A stretch of 63,879 bases of DNA, filler included, from an uncultured bacterium (GTDB lineage Bacteria > CAYJRR01): assembly GCA_964372275.1 (NCBI GenBank). It is 4 parts of 4 records of this genome, joined end to end, with 100 filler letters (N's around TTAATTAATTAA, not from the genome) between each part and the next. Parts side by side here need not be neighbours in the genome. Positions count along the whole stretch, not along the records: positions 36,733 to 54,723 come from CAYJRR010000093.1; 3 more parts are not named here. One strand, written 5' to 3'. Of the stretch, positions 37,225-46,298 are shown one piece after another. The notes below the pieces were generated by a model. That model was given only the letters and a program-made list of their open reading frames with translations. It did no database searches and had not been told where the DNA came from. How positions within the stretch are numbered: position 1 is the first letter of the stretch; every line of letters begins with the position of its first letter. The position numbers were made by a program, and so were the translations under genes.

Positions 37225-39999
37225 TCATCGCATCGACAGTTGCCGGCTGGTGCCGAGCGAGAAGAGGAACGCCCGAATGGCGTCGATCTGCTCGTCGGCC
37301 GCCGGATCCAGCTTTTCGAGGTGACCGCTCTTCACGTCGTAGTCGTAGAAGAATCCGGGCATGTTCGTCCCCGGCATCACCTTCTGGGGCGCTTCCAGCC
37401 ACGCCTCCACGCCGTCCGGTCGGAACCGGCGGTGGACGTTCCCCAGGTCGGGGGCCACCTTGTCGTCGGTGGCGCTCGCGCTGCGCACGCCACGGAAGAT
37501 GTGGCACGACTGGCACTTGAACTGGTCGAAGAGTTTCCTTCCCTGCTCGACCCGCGCCAGGTCGGCGGAGGAGAGGTGGATCTCGTCGTAGGCGCTGTCC
37601 ACCGCATCGACGGCCCGGAAGTAGGCGACGATGTCGGCCCGCTCCTGCGCCGTCAGCGGGAAGGTCGGCATCCGGATCTTGAGCCATGGCCGGATCGGGG
37701 TCGGGTTCTCCAGGAAGGCGAGGAGGTAGTCGGACTGGATCTTCAACCCCTCCATGTTGAGGTTCGGCGGGCGAAGCGACCGGTCCTTGTTGATCGCCAG
37801 GATCTCGCCGCCGCGCCCTTCGATGAGGTGACAGCCGACGCAGTTGTACTGGGTCACGAGCTGCCGTCCGCGCTCGATCGCCGCGTTCCGGCCGGTGAAC
37901 GACTTCTGGAACTCCGGCGAGACCCGGAACTCCTTCTGCCCCTTGAGGTAGACGAGCAGCGCGTCGATCTCGTCGGGCTTCAAGCCGAACCAGGGCATGC
38001 GGCCGGCCGACCGGACGTCGACGTACTGGCGCGGGTTCTCGAGCTTCCCGCGGGTCCACGCGTCCCAGTTGTGCGCCACCTTGGAATCGCCGAAGCCGAG
38101 CTCGAAGGGCTTCTTCTCCGCGAACAACGTCAGCTCGGGACCGATCCGGCCGTCGTTCTCGTGGTCCTGGATGACGTGGCAGGCGGCGCAGCCCCACTGC
38201 GCGATCAGCGTCGATCCCGCCTTGGCCGCCGCCGGATCCGCCAGCCTCTTCACCAACTCCGGATCGGCCGCCGGCCGCTCCTTCGCCCCGGCCGCCCAGA
38301 GATAGGCGGTGACGTGCCGCGCCTCCTCGTCGCTGAGGCGGAACGACGGCATCACCGTCGTCGACGAGTGCCACCGCGGCTGCCGGATCCAGTTCCAGAT
38401 CCAGTCGGCCGAGGCCAGTTTCGCCCCCGCCTTGTGGAGCGGCGGCGCGTCGTTCCCGCCCTTCCCCTCGATCGAATGACAGGCGAGACAGCCGACCGTG
38501 TCGACGATCCGGCGTCCGGCCGCCGCATCGCCCCCACCCGGGAACCGGCCGAACGGCATCGCCTTGGCGTCCGCCGACGACTGCCACAGGTAGGCGGCGA
38601 TCTGGGTCGCCGCCTCCTGCTGCCGCTCGGGCTTCACGTTGGCGACGTTCCCGGCCGGATCGGCGGCCCCCGGCGCGAACTCGTCGAAGGCGAACGCCGG
38701 CATGCGCGTCTCGGGGTAGAACGCCTTGGGGTTGGCGATCCACCGCACCAACCACTCCGGCGAGAGCTTCGCCGCCACGCGCATCAGGTCCGGCCCCACG
38801 CGCCCGACCGGCTCGTACCCCTTCACCAGATGGCAGCCCTGGCAGCCCTTGCGGAGGAAGAGGTCCTTCCCCCTCTCGTAGACCGGCGCCCCGTCGACGA
38901 AGCGCTGCACGTTGTGGCACTTCTGGCAGCTCGACTGGACGTCTACCCAGCGCAGGAGCGGGTACTCCCAGAGGTGCATCGTCCCGTGCGCCTGGTCCTT
39001 CTCCGCCGCGAAGACGAACGCGTCGGGGCTCTTCCCCAGCGGCGTCTTGATGCGCGTGGCGCGCCCCTGACCCTGGTGGCAGACGGTGCAGCCGTAGGTC
39101 TCGATCGGATGCTTGGTGAAGAGCGGGTCGATCTTGGGATGGGTGGAGAAGACCTTGTCGTACTCCTTGTACGGCGCGACCGGACCGTCGGCCTTGATCG
39201 ACGCGAACGAATCCTGCTCGAACCCCGGCCGGTCGATCGCCACGTGGCAGCTGCGGCAGCGGTCGACGGTGCCGAAGGTGTAGGCGCCGCCGATCCCCAG
39301 CTTGTCGTTCACGATCTGGTCGATGTTGCGGATCGAACGGTCGGCGATCTTCTCCAGCCGCTCCTCGAACTTGGCGACCGGCTCCCGCCGCGCGTCGAGC
39401 GCCTTCTGCGCCTCCTTCACCTCGTCGTCGATCAACGCCATCTTGGCGGCGACGGCGTCGAGCGTCGCCTGCGACGCGTCGACCTTCGCCGTCCAGGCGG
39501 CGATCTCCTCCTCCAGCTTCCAGTAGAGGTCCTGCTTCGGCGGGACCTCCGACTCCTCGCCGTGGTGCACCGCGTTCTTCCACTGGTAGAACTGCGCGTC
39601 CTGCGTCGACTTGACCTTGGCGCGCTCCGACTTGTTGAAGCCGTGATCGACGTAGGCGTCCCAGTGCTCCTTCTTGAGCGCCTTGTACTCGGCCGACTTC
39701 TGCTTCGCCATCGCCTCGGCCAGGCGGTTGCGCAGCTCGGACTCGCTGTCGACCGCCGGCGTGGCGGCGAGCTTCGCCTCCTCCTGGTCGTACTTGGCGC
39801 GGAAGGCGGCCAGCTCGTCCTCGACCTTCGCCCGCTCGAAGTCGCGGAACTTCGCCTGGTAGACGATGTAGGTGCGCCGGGAGACGAACTCCTGGTAGAT
39901 CGACGCGCCGTAGCAGAGGAAGAGGAACGCGCACAGCCCGAAGAACCAGGTCGACCAGTTCTGCTTCTCGAGGATGGGGTCGCCGCCCTTGATGGCCAT
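37225..39999 (-). CDS. Membrane-anchored octaheme cytochrome c subunit of a Rieske/cytochrome b complex
   Basis: N-terminal TM plus coiled coil; eight CxxCH: CRSCH, CTVCH, CQKCH, CQGCH, CLACH, CAACH, CVGCH, CQSCH. Confidence 0.9.
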   Translation of the reverse strand: MAIKGGDPILEKQNWSTWFFGLCAFLFLCYGASIYQEFVSRRTYIVYQAKFRDFERAKVEDELAAFRAKYDQEEAKLAATPAVDSESELRNRLAEAMAKQKSAEYKALKKEHWDAYVDHGFNKSERAKVKSTQDAQFYQWKNAVHHGEESEVPPKQDLYWKLEEEIAAWTAKVDASQATLDAVAAKMALIDDEVKEAQKALDARREPVAKFEERLEKIADRSIRNIDQIVNDKLGIGGAYTFGTVDRCRSCHVAIDRPGFEQDSFASIKADGPVAPYKEYDKVFSTHPKIDPLFTKHPIETYGCTVCHQGQGRATRIKTPLGKSPDAFVFAAEKDQAHGTMHLWEYPLLRWVDVQSSCQKCHNVQRFVDGAPVYERGKDLFLRKGCQGCHLVKGYEPVGRVGPDLMRVAAKLSPEWLVRWIANPKAFYPETRMPAFAFDEFAPGAADPAGNVANVKPERQQEAATQIAAYLWQSSADAKAMPFGRFPGGGDAAAGRRIVDTVGCLACHSIEGKGGNDAPPLHKAGAKLASADWIWNWIRQPRWHSSTTVMPSFRLSDEEARHVTAYLWAAGAKERPAADPELVKRLADPAAAKAGSTLIAQWGCAACHVIQDHENDGRIGPELTLFAEKKPFELGFGDSKVAHNWDAWTRGKLENPRQYVDVRSAGRMPWFGLKPDEIDALLVYLKGQKEFRVSPEFQKSFTGRNAAIERGRQLVTQYNCVGCHLIEGRGGEILAINKDRSLRPPNLNMEGLKIQSDYLLAFLENPTPIRPWLKIRMPTFPLTAQERADIVAYFRAVDAVDSAYDEIHLSSADLARVEQGRKLFDQFKCQSCHIFRGVRSASATDDKVAPDLGNVHRRFRPDGVEAWLEAPQKVMPGTNMPGFFYDYDVKSGHLEKLDPAADEQIDAIRAFLFSLGTSRQLSMR

Positions 40000-40020
40000 T
40001 CTTGAAAACCTATCGCTTGG

Positions 40021-40995
40021 TCAGACGTTGGCGTTGATCCAGGGGAGCACCAGCACGTACTTGATGGTGAACAGCTGGCGCAGGATCACCTTCACCACCA
40101 CCCCCATCATCGTCACGAAGAGGAAGGCGGTGATGTGGTATCGCATCGGCCCCATCAACCGGTAGAACGACTCCGGCGTCGGCGTGGCCCCGAGGTTCGA
40201 TCCCGCCTTCCGTCGCAGCAGCAGCCTCTCCAGACCGCAGACGACGTGGCCGAAGTACTTGTGGCCGAGCGCGAAGAAGGCGCCGATCGCGATCAGCCCC
40301 GGCACCGCCGCCCAGATCGGGTTCTTCCCGTCGGGGTTGAGGAACAGCTCGATCGGACCGCCGATCCCCAGCTTCACCGGGATCAGGGCGATGAACTCGT
40401 TCAGGTCGACGTTGTTGAGGGGCACGACCTTGTGCGGGTCCCAGGTCTCCCACGGCCAGAACAGGTTCCACCCCGGACCGCGGAAGAAGACGCCGAGGAT
40501 GATCATCGCCACCCACAGCACCAGGAACCCGAAGTTGAAGGTGGAGATCGCGAACCAGCGTTCCTTGAAGGTGTAGTAGCCGTTCCCGCGCGGGTTGGGA
40601 TCGATGAACGGGATCGCCATCAACCCGACGATGATCAACGTCGGCAGCACCACCCCGGCGATCCACGGATCGAAGTAGACGAGCAGCTCCTGCAGGCCGA
40701 GGAAGTACCACGGCGCCTTCGACGGGTTCGGCGTCCGCGCCGGATTGGCCGGCTCCTCCAGCGGCGCGTCGATCATGATCGACCAGACGGTGAGGAGGAT
40801 CGTCGCGGCGATCGCCGAGAGGAGCTCCATGCGGGTCAGGTACGGCCAGACGTGGACCTTGTCCTCGCGTCCGCGGACCGCGCCGCCGGCGGTCTTGGCC
40901 GTCTCGCCCCCCGCCTTCTCGGCCGGCTTCTCGACCTTCGCGGGGGTCGCGGGGACGGCGGTAGGCGCCGCGGTCGACTGCGCTTGCTCGGCCAT
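40021..40995 (-). CDS. Cytochrome b C-terminal / subunit IV-like protein
   Basis: DAPLEEPANPARTPNPSKAPWYFLGLQELL (PEWY-equivalent), multiple TMs. Confidence 0.88.
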   Translation of the reverse strand: MAEQAQSTAAPTAVPATPAKVEKPAEKAGGETAKTAGGAVRGREDKVHVWPYLTRMELLSAIAATILLTVWSIMIDAPLEEPANPARTPNPSKAPWYFLGLQELLVYFDPWIAGVVLPTLIIVGLMAIPFIDPNPRGNGYYTFKERWFAISTFNFGFLVLWVAMIILGVFFRGPGWNLFWPWETWDPHKVVPLNNVDLNEFIALIPVKLGIGGPIELFLNPDGKNPIWAAVPGLIAIGAFFALGHKYFGHVVCGLERLLLRRKAGSNLGATPTPESFYRLMGPMRYHITAFLFVTMMGVVVKVILRQLFTIKYVLVLPWINANV

Positions 40996-41271
40996 CTATC
41001 CGTTCTCCTTCCCCTGCTCCCCGTCGGCCTCGCCGAAGACCCACCGGTTCATGCGTTCGTAGATCTTGTCCTTCTCGCCGCGTTCGGTGAGCCGGTCGTT
41101 CTCCAGACCCATCTTGATCGACAGCCAGAAGAAGTAGAGGACCAGGAACAGCATCGCCACGATCGGGATGTTGTCCGGCTTGGTCACGATCAGGAGGAAG
41201 TTGCCGAGCGGCGACAGCTCGCCGCCGCCTTCGCTCGCCAGGATCAGGACAGTGCCCAGGTGCGCGGTCAT
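40996..41271 (-). CDS. Small membrane subunit associated with the cytochrome b complex
   Basis: IVTKPDNIPIVAMLFLVLYFFWL; in frame with and abutting the next ORF. Confidence 0.75.
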   Translation of the reverse strand: MTAHLGTVLILASEGGGELSPLGNFLLIVTKPDNIPIVAMLFLVLYFFWLSIKMGLENDRLTERGEKDKIYERMNRWVFGEADGEQGKENG

Positions 41272-41284
41272 CGTGCGTGTCCTC

Positions 41285-42082
41285 TTACAGCGGCCCGGAG
41301 ATGCCGCCGTCCTTTCGGATGCGCCAGAAGTGGAGAATCATCAGCGCCGATCCGACGATCGGCAGGAAGATGCAGTGCAGCACGTAGAAGCGGAGCAGCG
41401 TCGGCGCGCCGACCTGCGTGCCGCCGAGCAGGAGCGCCCGTGCGTCGGTTCGCGGCGTGACCAGCCCCGTCAGCGCCGCCACCTGCTCGCCGAACGGACC
41501 CTGACTCCCGGCAAACGGCGTCGCCCGCCCCATGTTCGAGCCGACCGTCACCGCCCAGATCGAGAGCTGGTCCCACGGAAGGAGGTAGCCGGTGAAGGAG
41601 AGGAGCAACGTGATCGTCAGCAACAGCACACCGACCACCCAGTTGAACTCGCGCGGCGGCTTGTAGGAGCCGGTCATGAAGACCCGGAACATGTGGACCC
41701 ACACCAGGATCACCATCCCGTGCGCCGCCCAGCGATGCATGTTCCGCATCAACATCCCGAACGGGACGTCGAACTCGAGGTACTGGATGTCGGGGAAGGC
41801 GTACTCGCCGACCGGGCGGTAGTAGAACATCAGCACCACGCCGGTCACGACCGTCACCAGGAAGAAGAAGAAGGTCAAGCCTCCGGCGCACCAGGTGTAG
41901 GAGAGCCGGATGGCGTGCCGCTGCATCTTGACCGGATGCAGGTGCAGCCAGACGTTGCTGGCGATCTGCAGCACGCGGTTTCGCGGATTGTCCTGGTAGG
42001 AGTGGCGGAAGATCGCGCGCCAGACCTGGCTCTCGAAGAGCTGCTTCCGGAGTTCGTTCGGATCGAGCTTGGGAAGGTTCAC
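41285..42082 (-). CDS. Cytochrome b6-like N-terminal subunit
   Basis: WCAGGLT; TGVVLMFYYRP; MRNMHRWAAH; HMFRVF.TGSYKPPREFNW; TGYLLPWDQ; RFYVLH; HFWRIRKDGGISGPL. Confidence 0.93.
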   Translation of the reverse strand: MNLPKLDPNELRKQLFESQVWRAIFRHSYQDNPRNRVLQIASNVWLHLHPVKMQRHAIRLSYTWCAGGLTFFFFLVTVVTGVVLMFYYRPVGEYAFPDIQYLEFDVPFGMLMRNMHRWAAHGMVILVWVHMFRVFMTGSYKPPREFNWVVGVLLLTITLLLSFTGYLLPWDQLSIWAVTVGSNMGRATPFAGSQGPFGEQVAALTGLVTPRTDARALLLGGTQVGAPTLLRFYVLHCIFLPIVGSALMILHFWRIRKDGGISGPL

Positions 42083-42092
42083 GGGTTTCCTC

Positions 42093-42668
42093 TCACACCG
42101 GGATGAAGGAGCCGGGCTTCCCCCACTCCCCCTTCTCCCAACGGAACTGCACCCCTTTGTCGACGACGATCTGTCCGTCGTCGCCGATGAAGATCTTCGC
42201 CCGCTCGAGCGGACGCGGCGCGGGCCCCTCGAAGTTCACCCCTTGCGCGGTGAAGCCGGAGCCGTGGCAGGGGCACTTGAACTTGTTCTCGAGCGACAGC
42301 CATCGCGGCGTGCATCCGAGGTGGGTGCAGATCGCGATCAGCGCGTACATCTGGTCCTGCTCCTTCACGATCCAGACGCGCCGCTCCGGCGTGTACTTCT
42401 CCGAGACGCCGACGATGTAGTCCCCCCGGAGCCCGGCCTTGAACGAGGAGGCCGGCTCGAACAGGACGCGGGGGAAGAGCATCCGCAGGAAGGCGGTGGC
42501 CCAGACGCCGAGCGTCGCCCCGAGGAAGCCCCATCCGAACAGCGCAAAAAAGGAGCGCCGCGCCCAGATGCCGTTGTCGTGCGTCGGGTTGGAGATGGGG
42601 GCCGGCGGACGCGGCGGGTGGCTTGGCACCGCGGGCGCGTCGACCTCCGTGATCGGTTCTGCCGCCAT
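42093..42668 (-). CDS. Rieske [2Fe-2S] subunit
   Basis: Tat-like ARRSFF plus TM; CTHLGC and CPCHGS; GPAPRPL. Confidence 0.93.
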   Translation of the reverse strand: MAAEPITEVDAPAVPSHPPRPPAPISNPTHDNGIWARRSFFALFGWGFLGATLGVWATAFLRMLFPRVLFEPASSFKAGLRGDYIVGVSEKYTPERRVWIVKEQDQMYALIAICTHLGCTPRWLSLENKFKCPCHGSGFTAQGVNFEGPAPRPLERAKIFIGDDGQIVVDKGVQFRWEKGEWGKPGSFIPV

Positions 42669-42796
42669 GTAGCAAGGCCTCCGAATCGGGTAGCTACGCG
42701 ACCTTTCGGGGAAATTTCGTCTTCCCCCGGAAAGGAGGCGGACCGTAGCCGGTTCGCCGAAACCAGTCAAGCGGGTGAAACGCTTACGGTTCCGCG

Positions 42797-43894
42797 TCAG
42801 CGGCCCGACGGCGTCGAGGCGGCGGCGCCGTGGAACAGCGCGGTGACCTCGCCGGCGACGGCGGCGCCCTCCGCGGCCCGGCGGGCCAGTTCGACCGGAA
42901 CGACGACCTCCGACACCTTCTTCTCGTCCACCCAGCTCGCGACTCGGAACGTCGCGACTCGAAGGTCGTGGGCGACGAAGCGCCGTCCGACCATCACCAC
43001 CACCATCCATCGCTGCCGATCGAGCGTGGCGGTGGAGATCCCTTCGCCGGCCACGTAGTCGACGCGCGCGCGGAACGGCACCAGGTCGGTGACGTCGCCG
43101 CGCTCGGCGCGGATCTCCGCGGCGCGCACCGGCACCCCCAGGCGAATCAGATCGCCCTTGATCTCGTCGCCGAGCTGATCCGGGCGTTCGACCCGCCCCA
43201 GCGGAAGCGCGAGCACCTTGGCGCGCGCAGCCTCGGCGTCGAACGGGAGCGGGGTCGCGTCGGGGCGCGGGGAGGCCTCGCCAGATCCCGGGGACGGTTC
43301 GCCGCCCCCGGGGGCGGCGGCCGGCGGCGCGTCCGGCGCGGCGGCGACGGCCGCGGTCGCCGGCCCGGATTCGTCCGTTGGGACCGGCGCGCGTGCGGCG
43401 CGGCCCGGCTCGGGGGTCCGCTCCACCACCGCGAGGCGATCGCGTTCCGGCGTGGGGAGGGTGCGATCGAGGTACCGTCGATAGACGCCCCGGTAGACGA
43501 CGATCGCGGCGATCGCCATCGCGCCGGCCGCCAGCAGGAACGCGATCCGCGTCGCCGGGCTGCGCGCCGGGCGAAACAGATCGACGTCGTATCCGAAGAC
43601 CGGCACCTCGACCCCGCGGCCCTCGGGGCTCCACCGCGGTTTGCGCAGCGGAACGACGTCGGCGCCGGCCGTCTCCGGCTCGGCCGCGGGCGCGCGTGGC
43701 GGCGGCGGGTCGGGCAGGCCGGGGAACAGCTCGCGCAGTTGACGGATCGAGCGCGCGTAATGCCAGCGGCCGGACGCCGGCAGGTAGACCGGATCCTCGG
43801 GCCCGAGCCTCCCCTCACGCGCCAGCGTGATCAGCCCGTCGAGGCCGTCGACCTCCACGGTCTGCTCGCCGATCTTCACCCGGAAGCCGCTCAT
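42797..43894 (-). CDS. Membrane protein with N-terminal GYF_2-like domain and Pro/Ala linker
   Basis: LITLAREGRLGPEDPVYLPASGRWHYARSIRQL; single TM; C-terminal globular region. Confidence 0.65.
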   Translation of the reverse strand: MSGFRVKIGEQTVEVDGLDGLITLAREGRLGPEDPVYLPASGRWHYARSIRQLRELFPGLPDPPPPRAPAAEPETAGADVVPLRKPRWSPEGRGVEVPVFGYDVDLFRPARSPATRIAFLLAAGAMAIAAIVVYRGVYRRYLDRTLPTPERDRLAVVERTPEPGRAARAPVPTDESGPATAAVAAAPDAPPAAAPGGGEPSPGSGEASPRPDATPLPFDAEAARAKVLALPLGRVERPDQLGDEIKGDLIRLGVPVRAAEIRAERGDVTDLVPFRARVDYVAGEGISTATLDRQRWMVVVMVGRRFVAHDLRVATFRVASWVDEKKVSEVVVPVELARRAAEGAAVAGEVTALFHGAAASTPSGR

Positions 43895-43899
43895 CGACC

Positions 43900-44232
43900 T
43901 CACTCGGCAGCCGCGGACAGCCGGCGCGCCGCGTCGTTGCGCGGCTCGACCAGCGGAAGCTTCTCGAAGGGGCAGCTCCAGATCCACTCCTCGCCGGAAG
44001 CCGCGCGGTAGACGGCGATCGGCTCGGCGGACCCGGGATCGCGGGCCACCCGCCACGCCCCCCCGGGGAAGGCCGCCGCCAATGCCGCGTCGACGGTCGT
44101 ATCGGCGGCCGACGCGGAACGGACCGGATCGAGGCAACGCTCGCGGGATGCGGCCCCCCCGAAGAGACGCGCCACGCCGACGGAGAGAAGCGCGGACAGA
44201 CCCACCGCGATCGACGTTCCACGCGGAAGCAT
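43900..44232 (-). CDS. Small hypothetical exported/membrane protein
   Basis: Hydrophobic N-terminus MLPRGTSIAVGLSALLSVGV; stop 6 nt from the next start. Confidence 0.5.
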   Translation of the reverse strand: MLPRGTSIAVGLSALLSVGVARLFGGAASRERCLDPVRSASAADTTVDAALAAAFPGGAWRVARDPGSAEPIAVYRAASGEEWIWSCPFEKLPLVEPRNDAARRLSAAAE

Positions 44233-44319
44233 GGCGCGGGCGATCCTACCACCTCGCCCGGGCGATGTCGGCGAGGCGGGCTTGATCGGCGGTCGCTTCG
44301 TACGAGAGAGTCCGGCCGC

Positions 44320-45372
44320 ATGCCACGCATTGCCGTCATCCCCGGAGATGGAATCGGCGTCGACGTGATCCGCGAGGGGGTGAAGGTCCTCCGCGCCGTC
44401 GACGAGACCTACAGGCTGGGGCTCGCCCTCGAGGAGTTCGACTACGGGGCGGAGCGCTACCTGAAGGACGGCGTCTCGCTTCCGCCGGGGCAGATGCAGC
44501 GGTTCGCGACCGAATACGACGCGATCTACCTCGGGGCGATGGGGGACCCGCGGATCCCCGACATGCGGCACGCGAAGGAGATCCTGCTCGCGATGCGCTT
44601 CGAGCTCGATCTCTACATCAACCTCCGGCCGATCCGGGCGCTGGACGACCGGCTGGTGCCGCTCAAAGGGAAGACGGCGAGCCAGATCGACTTCACCGTC
44701 TTCCGGGAGAACACCGAGGGGCTCTACGTCGGCTGCGGCGGCAACTTCAAGAAGGGGACCCCCGACGAGATCGCGACGCAGGAGGACATCAACACCTACA
44801 AAGGGGTCTTCCGCATCTGCAAGGCGGCCTTTGATTTCGCCGCCGCAAATGGGAAGACGCGCGTCACGATGGCCGACAAGCACAACGTGCTGCGATTCGG
44901 GCACGACCTGTGGGAGCGGGTCTTCTTCGACCTGGCGAAGCAGTACCCGGGGATCGAGGCGGAGCACATCTTCGTCGACGCGCTGACGATGCAGCTGGTG
45001 AAGAACCCCGAGTGGTACCAGGTGATCGTCACCTGCAACATGTTCGGCGACATCGTCACCGACCTGGGCGCGATCCTGCAGGGGGGCCTGGGCGTCGCCG
45101 GGAGCGGCAACATCCATCCGGGCCGCGTGAGTCTGTTCGAGCCGATCCACGGCTCGGCGCCGAAGTACGCCGGCAAGGACGTGGCCAACCCGATGGCCGC
45201 GTGCGCCACCGCCCAGATGATGCTCGAGCACCTGGGGTTCAAGGAGGCGGCCGACCGGATCGAAGCGGCGATCGTCGACGCCATCCGCAAGGGGAAGACG
45301 ACGAAGGACCTGGGCGGCTCGCTGGGCACCCGGGCGGTCGGGGACTACCTGTCGGCGTTCGTGAAGGGATGA
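44320..45372 (+). CDS. leuB: 3-isopropylmalate dehydrogenase / isocitrate-isopropylmalate dehydrogenase family
   Basis: IAVIPGDGIG; INLRP; RENTEGLY; DKHNVL; NMFGDIVTDL; FEPIHGSAPKYAGK..ANP; exact substrate not certain. Confidence 0.8.
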   Translation: MPRIAVIPGDGIGVDVIREGVKVLRAVDETYRLGLALEEFDYGAERYLKDGVSLPPGQMQRFATEYDAIYLGAMGDPRIPDMRHAKEILLAMRFELDLYINLRPIRALDDRLVPLKGKTASQIDFTVFRENTEGLYVGCGGNFKKGTPDEIATQEDINTYKGVFRICKAAFDFAAANGKTRVTMADKHNVLRFGHDLWERVFFDLAKQYPGIEAEHIFVDALTMQLVKNPEWYQVIVTCNMFGDIVTDLGAILQGGLGVAGSGNIHPGRVSLFEPIHGSAPKYAGKDVANPMAACATAQMMLEHLGFKEAADRIEAAIVDAIRKGKTTKDLGGSLGTRAVGDYLSAFVKG

Positions 45373-46298
45373 GCGGTCGCGGGTACGGTCGCGACCGCGA
45401 CCCCGGACGCGATCACCTCCGAATCCGCACCGACGAACCGTTTCTCTCACGCGTCGTGCGACTGCCGCGTCTGGGCCTCGGCGTCTCGACGGAGTACGGC
45501 GCCGGCGACGCCCCCGGCGCGCTCGACGTGCTCGCGCTGCGCCGCTCCCACCCCGCGTTCGCGTCTTTCCTCGAAATCGGCGTCGAGACCGCCAAGGGGC
45601 TCGACCGCCACGCCGAGTCGTGGGTCGCCGCGGGGCTCCCGTGCACCTATCACTACCTCGACGTCAACCTCGACGACCCGGCCGACCTCGACGATGCGTG
45701 GCTCGCCCAGGTGCGGCGTCTCGCGTCGCGGATCGGCGCCGCCTGGATCTGCGGCGATGCCGGGCTGTGGCATTTCGGCCGGCGCGAGCGCGGCCAGATG
45801 CTGCTGCTCCCGCCGATCCTGAGCGACGCCTCCGCGATGGCGATGGCGGCCGGGATCCGCCGGCTGCGCGAGGCGACCGGGCTCGAGGTGCTTCCGGAGA
45901 ACCCGCCCGGATCGGCGTTCCTAGGCGATCTCCCACTCCTCGACTACTTCGCCCGCGTCTGCGAGCGCGCCGACACCGGAATGCTCCTCGACGTCGCGCA
46001 CCTCGCGATCTACCAGAGGCTCGCCGGGCGCGCGCCGACCGACGGCCTCGAGCGCTTTCCGCTGGACCGGATCGTGGAGGTCCACGTCGCCGGCGGCCTC
46101 GCCCGGGAGATCGACGGCTTCCGCTTCGTCGAGGACAGCCACGCGCCGGAGGTCCTCGCCGACACCTGGGAGATCTTCGAGGCGATCGTTCCGCGCGCGA
46201 CCAACCTCAAGGCGGTCGTCTTCGAGTGCGAGCGAAACCCGGCCGAGCGATGCCTCGAAGGCTTCGCGCGGATCGAACGGACCCTTCCGCGCCGGTGA
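45369..46298 (+). CDS. Divergent DUF692/MNIO family protein
   Basis: LGLGVS; TYHYLDVNL; ICGDAG; LLPP; PENPP; MLLDVAHL; EVHVAGG; EDSH; VFECE align with the DUF692 motif order; ATGA overlap. Confidence 0.8.
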   Translation: MSGRGYGRDRDPGRDHLRIRTDEPFLSRVVRLPRLGLGVSTEYGAGDAPGALDVLALRRSHPAFASFLEIGVETAKGLDRHAESWVAAGLPCTYHYLDVNLDDPADLDDAWLAQVRRLASRIGAAWICGDAGLWHFGRRERGQMLLLPPILSDASAMAMAAGIRRLREATGLEVLPENPPGSAFLGDLPLLDYFARVCERADTGMLLDVAHLAIYQRLAGRAPTDGLERFPLDRIVEVHVAGGLAREIDGFRFVEDSHAPEVLADTWEIFEAIVPRATNLKAVVFECERNPAERCLEGFARIERTLPRR

